Source: Isurus oxyrinchus
Taxonomy: Eukaryota
Length of the DNA stretch: 64,000 nt
Direction: 5' to 3'
Assembly: GCA_026770705.1 (NCBI GenBank)
Contig: JANJGN010000034.1
Span: 5,642,001-5,706,000, forward strand
In this document: piece after piece, positions 63,301-64,000 of the stretch
How positions within the stretch are numbered: position 1 is the stretch's first letter
Layout of the letters: each line of letters starts with the position of its first letter
Position numbers and translations under genes: made by a program
The notes under the pieces: model-generated
What the model was told of the DNA's origin: nothing
The model's database searches: none
The model's input: the letters and a program-made list of their open reading frames with translations, nothing else

Positions 63301-64000
63301 CATATTTATTGTATTTCTTTTCCTATATTTCCCTATAACTAAGATTTTAGTTTACATAAATAATTGTATTCCCTTTTCTGGCAATATCTCCATGCCATTG
63401 TATTTAATCATCGGCCCCCATGTCTCTTTAAGTAACTGCAGACCGTTTGTAGTGGTATGATACATTGCATGTTGAAGTCCTGCTTTGTAATATCTTAATT
63501 AAAGTTGAATTAAGCGCTGACTGGTTAGCTCAGCCACGTTACAAATATGTCTGTGACGTCACTTCTCTACGTTCTTTACCTCCATCACTTCGAACCAGTC
63601 ATTTCCTGAGCGAGATTGTTTCCTGTTCCCTCCTCTCGGCAGACTATTCAATGATTATTTGTTGTTGACGTGATTTATTCTACGATCTAATATATGGAAT
63701 GAAAACCGTATATTAAAACTTTCCAGTACCAGTTTAAATCTTAGCAACGAAGATAGCACAAAACAGCCTGTTTTCAAAGACCTACATGCTACGCGTAACG
63801 TCAGTCTTTGTTTTGTCTGACTGATTGTGGAAATTGCCCTGTCGCTGCTGTTTTGAGCAGTAGGGACTTCTGTTCTCTCGGTATGATATCTATGCCTGCA
63901 CTGCTGCGGCCACCGATCTGCACTCACTGTTTTATGTCATAATTAAGATTAAAGCATAACAATTGTATCCTGTGTTTCATATTTATTACAACCAGAAGTC

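Noticed and set aside
63553-63562. Palindromic CRE site (gtgacgtcac) as a promoter
   Set aside because: Single short motif near the 5' end of a reverse CR1; no supporting gene structure.
1-64000. CRISPR arrays, rRNA/tRNA genes, prokaryotic operons
   Set aside because: None seen; the sequence is vertebrate intronic/intergenic DNA, and tRNA-like motifs occur only as SINE heads.

Overview
Eukaryotic, AT-rich, repeat-dense vertebrate DNA. The repeat content (CR1 LINEs with an SGNH-esterase ORF1, Deu-domain and tRNA-type SINEs, Penelope-like hammerhead-bearing ends) points to a cartilaginous fish, probably a shark (inference). None of the listed ORFs looks like a real host gene. The main signal is invisible to the ORF track: a + strand gene built from about 20 tiny exons (13 x 27 nt, 5 x 36 nt, plus a tentative 39 nt and 21 nt) spread over about 45 kb (10378-55752). 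All have AG/GT boundaries and are phase 1-1. They splice into a stop-free, about 197-aa heptad coiled coil (xPNKLFEDL AKAQLDKDK EIRKLKEALKDA EEKLRACKE ELDGYAKTD DQQLKDTKA ELKKLKEILRNK DGDLDKKNK [ELEGKRKDVTDGQ KLLNNKE] ELEDLAKKL AEAVLAKDK EIRKLKNALEDK SKELKECEQ ERNKTRKYLKET EDKLNQCLK ELAKLKKDLKDK DQKHQRACN EIEELLENT ASKLFDKER). Two exon types alternate (36+27 nt = 3 heptads), and the array appears to be an old duplication of a 10-exon block. I found no 5' end (start, signal, Ig or TM exon), so it may lie upstream of the window. Two candidate terminal exons exist. Introns are filled with decayed retroelements, including young Penelope-like hairpin insertions with 15-bp TSDs and a variant hammerhead core. 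Exon coordinates are exact as read; repeat coordinates are approximate and repeat family names come from recall, not a search.
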